A stretch of DNA of 64,000 nt, taken from the NCBI GenBank assembly GCA_021107795.1, contig JAIOSB010000021.1, forward strand, positions 5,249-69,248, written 5' to 3'. A program made the position numbers and the translations under genes. Numbering within the stretch: the stretch's first letter is position 1; each line of letters begins with the position of its first letter. The notes beneath the pieces were generated by a model. It made no database searches. It was not told the origin of the DNA and saw only the letters and a list, made by a program, of their open reading frames with translations. This document shows positions 58,284-64,000 of the stretch, piece by piece. The stretch comes from a bacterium. Lineage in GTDB: Bacteria; Patescibacteriota; Dojkabacteria; SC72.

Positions 58284-59942
58284 TTAATGACATTCCTTAC
58301 TACACGCCTCTACAAAACCCATGAACAGTGGGTGAGGTGCTAAGAATCTACTCTTTAATTCTGGATGGTACTGAGTAGCTACAAAGAAAGGATGAACGCT
58401 CTTAGGAAGCTCTATAGCCTCTACTAATGTACCATCTGGACTCTGACCACTAACTACAACACCAGCACTCACCAATCTTTCTCTATACTCATTATTAACC
58501 TCATACCTATGCCTATGCCTTTCCTGCACAAGTGGTAAAGCATCAAACAACTCATTCTTGTACTTTGTGTATAACTCTTCTAATATCGAGCCCTTCTTAA
58601 CAATACAAGGCCATGCTCCAAGACGTATAGTGCCCCCATACTTCTTGTTCTCAATATTCTCTTTCTGATCATCCATTAAATGGATAACGGGATGTACAGT
58701 ATCAGAATCAACTTCTTGAGAATTAGCATCTTTAAGATCTAACATATTCCTTGCGAATTCAATTACTGCCATCTGCATACCGTAACACAAACCAAGAAAT
58801 GGAATTTTTTCTTCTCGTAATATCTTAATACAATCTATTTTACCCTCAGCCCCTCTAGAGCCCCATCCCTGTGGGACTATCACACCATCCATACTCTTTA
58901 ACTCCTCCCTCACACTCTCATCATCTAAGCTATCTGCTACAAACCACTTAATATTTGCCCTATACCCCTGCTCCCAACAAGCGTGATCAATTGCCTCAAG
59001 AACAGAAACATAAGAGTCCTTTAGATCAAACTTCCCACTCTTGAAATATTTACCTACAATAGCGATATTAAGATCTTTTTCGATAGAGTGGATCTTTTCT
59101 ACCTTCTTAGTCCACTGCTCAAGTAATTTTGTACGTTTTGTTTTCAAGTTCAACATATCTACAATCTTCTTACCAAAATTGTAACCGCTGTAGCTTACAG
59201 GGACATCGTAGATATATTCGACGTCAGGTGCAGGCACTATATTTTCTTTAGGTACTAGACAGTAAGTACTTAGTTTCTCAATCCTAACGTCATCAATTTG
59301 GGAATGTGCCCTTGCGATAAGGAAATCAGGAAGTATTCCATGCGAATTAAGAAGTTGAGTAGATATTTGTACTGGCTTACTCTTCATTTCTCCCAAAGTA
59401 GAAGGGAGGGGGAGATAGGAGAGATGAACATGGATTACATCATCACCCAATCGTGCTTTCATGATTTTGTTAGCCTCTAGGAATAAAGCGTTACCAACCT
59501 CTCCAACTGTACCACCAATCTCGACAATGGTGACATCCGCTTCCTGTTCGTCTGCCACATTCGTAATCCAAGTAACTATCTCATCTGGGACATGGTAGTC
59601 CAAACTTACCCATTTCCCATCATATGCAAGAGATCTTTCATCTTTGATAACCTTTTCGAGTACAGCACCACATGTCATAGAGTTCGGACGAGAGAATGTT
59701 TGATTAAGGAATCTCTCATAAGTACCAATATCCATATCAGTCTCAAATCCGTCTTCTAATACAAACGTCTCCCCATGCTCTAGAGGATTCATAGTACCAG
59801 CATCGACATTGAGGTATGGGTCGGCCTTTATGATTGTCACTTTTAAACCTTGCGCTTTAAGAAGGAAGGCTATAGAGGAAGATGTTATACCCTTGCCAAT
59901 TCCTGAAATTACACCACCAGACACAAAGATATATTTAGACAT
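58284..59942 (-). other. pyrG: CTP synthase
   Basis: GGVISGIGKG, DPYLNVDAGTMNP, EIGGTVG, GLCYGMQ, RHRHRYE, QYHPE. Confidence 0.98.
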
Positions 59943-59972
59943 ATGAAAAACTATTAGAGGTTATTCAATACT

Positions 59973-60839
59973 CTACTCGAACTTTCTCTTAAAATCAATA
60001 CCCTTTACATGCAACTTCTTCCCTGATCTACCTAAATCTTTTTCATATCTTTGTGCATAGTCTCTGTATTTAAATATCCTCTTCTTTCTTTGTTTTACTG
60101 GAAAATGTCCTGCCATACCAATTCCACCTATACACCCACCATCACAAGTAAGTAAATCTAAAAACTTGTAGTGTTTGTACCAACCATCTTTGAACCCATC
60201 GAATATTTTAGTTACCTCTTTCATATCATCCCCAATTAAAATATCCTTCTTCTTTAAAATCTTGTTGGAGTGTAAGGTAGCAGAGAGCCCTCCTGATACT
60301 GGATAGATCTTGGTGTAATCATTGTAGAACTTATCAAACGTCTTTAAATACTTCCTGGCAGTAATCTTCTCTGGGATTTTGTAATCAGTAAAGAGTTGGT
60401 CTAGTTCCTTGTAGGTAAGTGCACTGTCAATGCCTCCTAGCTCTTGTGCCTCAATCTTTTTTGTAAGACAGGGTCCAATGAAGACTTGTTTGTACTTGGG
60501 ATATATCTTTTTACATATGAATGACATACAGCCCATTGGGGAGTGTGCAGGCATTAGATTTCTAATAAGGTGTGGATATTTAACCCTGATTAGGTTTACA
60601 AGGGTAGGGCATGGAGATGCTATCCAGGTACGATCTATATCATCTTTGAGTATGGAGTAGTAGGTAAGATTAGTCATTTTAGCTCCAAAGGTAAGTTCTA
60701 CCACCGTATTAAAGCCCAGTGCTCGTATTCTATATATTACTTCAGGGTAGTCGTAGTCTGCTACAAAAGATGGGGCTAGCATACATACCACATCCTTTTT
60801 ACTATTCAAAATCTTTTTACAGGTAGCTAGGTGATCCAT
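59973..60839 (-). CDS. Minimal [FeFe]-hydrogenase-like H-cluster domain protein (about 288 aa)
   Basis: LAPSF, L1 ASPCP, L2 GPCLTKKIE, L3 DLLTCDGGCIGG; no accessory Fe-S motifs. Start placed at ATG 60839 because TGATATATT lies 5 nt upstream. Confidence 0.8.
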   Translation of the reverse strand: MDHLATCKKILNSKKDVVCMLAPSFVADYDYPEVIYRIRALGFNTVVELTFGAKMTNLTYYSILKDDIDRTWIASPCPTLVNLIRVKYPHLIRNLMPAHSPMGCMSFICKKIYPKYKQVFIGPCLTKKIEAQELGGIDSALTYKELDQLFTDYKIPEKITARKYLKTFDKFYNDYTKIYPVSGGLSATLHSNKILKKKDILIGDDMKEVTKIFDGFKDGWYKHYKFLDLLTCDGGCIGGIGMAGHFPVKQRKKRIFKYRDYAQRYEKDLGRSGKKLHVKGIDFKRKFE

Positions 60840-60901
60840 GTATAAATATATCATTAAATATCTATAAATGACTAGGTACAATATTCATGATACACTGGAG
60901 T

Positions 60902-61420
60902 ATGTTACAAGCTATTGATATACAGAGTAATAGGTTAGTAAATATCTTAAGGAAGGAGTGGGTACAGATTACATTACTGACCTCCCTTTCTATCTTCGCT
61001 CCTATGGTATTAAAATCGCCTCAGCTTCTAGTGGGTAGTGTTGTTAATCTTGTTTTAACATATTCTGTACTTAAGTTAGGGTTTAAGAAGACTCTTCCTT
61101 CTGTACTTCTTCCTTCTTTAGTTGCATTTAGTAGTAGTGTTCTTTTTGGTGGAGCTACTTACTTCTTAATCTATTTCTTTCCTGTGATATTTATAGGTAA
61201 TGCAATATACATATTGTTAATTGAGAATCTTAGGGCTGGTTTTTTAAGTATTGTAGTTGGTAGTGTTTGTAAGGCGTTGTTACTTTTTCTCTTTGCTTAT
61301 ATTTTCGTAAATCATTTCAATTTGCCAAGAATATTTCTTTCGAGTATGGGGTATATGCAGTTAGTAACTGCTATGATTGGTGGATATGTAGGGTATGGGA
61401 TATCTAAGGTAAACATTTAA
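60902..61420 (+). CDS. ECF S-component-like membrane protein
   Basis: About six TM helices; PQLLVGSVVN, LLPS, IGNAIY, QLVTAMIGG. Start at ATG 60902 inferred from TGATACACT 5 nt upstream. Confidence 0.7.
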   Translation: MLQAIDIQSNRLVNILRKEWVQITLLTSLSIFAPMVLKSPQLLVGSVVNLVLTYSVLKLGFKKTLPSVLLPSLVAFSSSVLFGGATYFLIYFFPVIFIGNAIYILLIENLRAGFLSIVVGSVCKALLLFLFAYIFVNHFNLPRIFLSSMGYMQLVTAMIGGYVGYGISKVNI

Positions 61421-61504
61421 CCACTTCAAACCTCTATTGACTCCTAAGCGAAGAAAAAGTAAAATCTTACTAGAATGTTACAAATAATTTAATTCATACT
61501 CCAT

Positions 61505-64000
61505 ATGAAAATAAAGAAATCTTTCATTAAATTATCTGCCACTGTTCCTAATGTCTTACTCCTGCTGTCCATATTAACTTCCAGTGTGTTCTTCCCTGCA
61601 ACTGTGATTGCCCAAGAAATAGATCAATTACCTGAAACAGAGGTTGTAGTAGATATACCTCTTGATGAATCAGAGGACATATTAGAAGAGGGTATAGCTA
61701 CAGGACCAGTCGAAGAAGTATTGGGTACTCGAGATGATATAAAGCCTCCTCTAGAAAAAAAGAAGGCCCTTGATCCTTCGCTTGAAGCACCTACAAACCT
61801 AGGATGGAATATAAGGTCTAAATCTTTAAATACTCCTGGAGAAAGACCCGTCGATATAGCATGTGGAGGAACTACAAACGCAGACTACTACACATATGGT
61901 GATGGGAAAATTTCTCACAATTGGGAACTATCTAATGCTCCGGTCAATGCTCTATACCAAAGAGAATGGAAGACCCCTGGTAGTGGAACTTGGACAACTG
62001 ATGGATATGCATACACAAACGATCACACAGACTTCTCCACCTTTGGTAGTTCAGAAGGGACAGAAGGTGAATGGAACACAAGAGTAAGAGCATGGATAGA
62101 TATAGATGGGAATGGTTTACTAGACGAAAGTATTGATGAATATTCTCATTGGAGTAATGATTGTCAAGTTACATATGATAGGACTAGACCAGCAATTACA
62201 TTAGATTTACCATTACAAGATTCTTTACATTCAGGTACTGTAGGTCTTCAAGCTACCGGAACTGAAGAATTAGATTACATTAACTTCTGGTGGAAAGCAG
62301 AAGGAGAAGATTACTCTAATACAGCACCACATAGGAGATATCACTATATTTATGATAATGGAATACAATTTAAGTGGAGCTTAGACACATTACACGCAGA
62401 AATGTGGGGTAATGATGGTACATATCATATGACTGATGGAGATTACTACTTTTATGCAGCCGGTAAAGATGTAGCAGGAAATTGGGCTAGAACAGATGAA
62501 ATAAAGATTATAGTGGATAATACACCACCAGACGCTCCACACCTGATTACTCCCCTAAACAATAGCTTTGTTAATGGTTCTTCATTAACTTCTCAGTGGA
62601 GTCCTATCTCCGATGCAGATTATTACATCTATGAAAGCTACCATGATGCTGGAGCAACAGACTTAAGATATCATAATACATACACTTCCACTTCTAAGAC
62701 TGCTACCAATGTTGCAAATGCAATATTTTGGTGGAGAGTAAAATCTGTTGATGAGGCAGGGAATGAAAGTGATTGGAGTGATTTATGGAAAGTAACTATT
62801 GATAATGATGCTCCAGAAGTAGAAATTACATCACACAACGATGGAGATATTGTAAACGGTTTACAGAAAATTAGCAGTAAGGTTTTTGACGTTAACCTCT
62901 CACACTACTGGTTTGTAATCGAAGACTCTTCTGGAACCACAGTTGCTGGACCAGGACCTGTACACAATGATGGTCCAGTTGTATTACCAACATTCGATTG
63001 GGATACTACAGGAGTAGATGATGGAATATATACAATAAAGTTAGAAGCTAGAGATAAAGCAGGAAACAAAGATCCAAACCAAGCCTCTGTACCAGCCGAT
63101 CCAGGGGTAGAGAATGATTCTGTAGACTGGGTAGAATTAACCGTAGATAATACAGCTCCTGAATCTACTTTTGATCCAAATATTTCAGGTCAAACATTTA
63201 ATTCCCTAATTAAAATATCTGGATATTCGGATGATAAGTTTAGTCATATTGTAGGTGTAAATCTTTACTACAGCCCATCTGGTGAAGATGAATGGGAACT
63301 AATAGATAAAATAGAGAATACAACACACTCTATCACTCCTACATTGTTCAGGTGGTCTTACGCATGGACCCCAACAAAAGATGGAACTTATGATATAAAA
63401 GCATCTGCATATGATGAATTAGGAAATGAAGAAAGTAGTCCAATAATGACAAATATTACATTTGATAGTACAGCACCTAATGTAGGTCCTATAAGGATAG
63501 TAAGAGATTATGCAGGGTTATATATTAATGGTTGGACAGGATTTACTGGTAGTGCAAAAGTTACAGATTCTCTTTCTCTAGTAAATACAAACTCCTGCGA
63601 ATACATGAGAGATGGAACTAACTGGCTTAAGGGAGATTATACACCTTGGAACAGTAGGTGCAATTTCTACATAATGGGGAGACTAGATGATGCAGAAGTA
63701 TTAGATATGAATGTAAGAGTAAGTGATAATGCAGGGAACAGAGGAGAAGGAACGCAAATAGCAAGAACTGCAGATTCACAACTTCCAAGTGTAGACGTCG
63801 ATATTCCTAACCTTTTCTACGGCCCCAAGACATTTGAAGCAAGCTCGACAATACAAGGCTCAGCAAGTGACACAGTAAGCAAAGTTCGATTAGTAAGAGT
63901 ATCATTACAAAGAAGCGACGATGGCAAATATTGGAGAAGAACATGGAATCCTTACTCTAGCTATGCCTGGAGAAAAGGACCTCAACCACGCAACAATGTG
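61505..64000 (+). CDS. Large secreted protein with tandem Ig-like/FN3 repeats, truncated by the window end
   Basis: Not in the ORF track. Open frame from ATG 61505 (MKIKKSFIKLSA...VIA-QE signal) to the end, with repeated DxAGN...DNTAP-type junctions (DVAGN, DEAGN, DKAGN, DELGN, DNAGN). Confidence 0.88.
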   Translation, partial: MKIKKSFIKLSATVPNVLLLLSILTSSVFFPATVIAQEIDQLPETEVVVDIPLDESEDILEEGIATGPVEEVLGTRDDIKPPLEKKKALDPSLEAPTNLGWNIRSKSLNTPGERPVDIACGGTTNADYYTYGDGKISHNWELSNAPVNALYQREWKTPGSGTWTTDGYAYTNDHTDFSTFGSSEGTEGEWNTRVRAWIDIDGNGLLDESIDEYSHWSNDCQVTYDRTRPAITLDLPLQDSLHSGTVGLQATGTEELDYINFWWKAEGEDYSNTAPHRRYHYIYDNGIQFKWSLDTLHAEMWGNDGTYHMTDGDYYFYAAGKDVAGNWARTDEIKIIVDNTPPDAPHLITPLNNSFVNGSSLTSQWSPISDADYYIYESYHDAGATDLRYHNTYTSTSKTATNVANAIFWWRVKSVDEAGNESDWSDLWKVTIDNDAPEVEITSHNDGDIVNGLQKISSKVFDVNLSHYWFVIEDSSGTTVAGPGPVHNDGPVVLPTFDWDTTGVDDGIYTIKLEARDKAGNKDPNQASVPADPGVENDSVDWVELTVDNTAPESTFDPNISGQTFNSLIKISGYSDDKFSHIVGVNLYYSPSGEDEWELIDKIENTTHSITPTLFRWSYAWTPTKDGTYDIKASAYDELGNEESSPIMTNITFDSTAPNVGPIRIVRDYAGLYINGWTGFTGSAKVTDSLSLVNTNSCEYMRDGTNWLKGDYTPWNSRCNFYIMGRLDDAEVLDMNVRVSDNAGNRGEGTQIARTADSQLPSVDVDIPNLFYGPKTFEASSTIQGSASDTVSKVRLVRVSLQRSDDGKYWRRTWNPYSSYAWRKGPQPRNNV

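Noticed and set aside
61863-62087. 74-aa + strand ORF
   Set aside because: Out-of-frame overlap within the large Ig-repeat gene.
1-64000. CRISPR arrays, rRNA, IS elements, DGR or retron components
   Set aside because: No regularly spaced repeats, rRNA-like stretches, transposase or reverse transcriptase motifs were seen.

Overview
Gene-dense, AT-rich bacterial chromosome segment in the standard genetic code. The gene content and style suggest a reduced-genome CPR/Patescibacteria organism, possibly Dojkabacteria (inference only). Most of the window is housekeeping: DNA replication and repair (dnaE, uvrB, uvrC, mutL, lexA, Xer-like recombinase, helD), class III RNR (nrdR-nrdD-nrdG), murC/D/E, pyrG, a fermentative OFOR + ADP-forming acyl-CoA ligase module, three tRNAs and large surface proteins with a sortase. 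The main find is an unannotated RiPP-like cluster at 1.2-3.7 kb. It comprises an RRE-radical SAM/SPASM maturase, a 41-aa precursor missing from the ORF track (MSELFGKVVSLEDTSSVYANNGCACELEDNSSGVGECYDTD, two Cx3D motifs as in freyrasin), a strong hairpin and an HExxH protein. Other finds: a split NrdD whose glycyl-radical loop lies in a separate in-frame 40-aa ORF behind a single TAG, an ultra-minimal [FeFe]-hydrogenase-like protein, a MurE carrying a MurC-type N-terminal domain, and widespread leaderless-type promoters. All calls come from motif reading; no searches were run.
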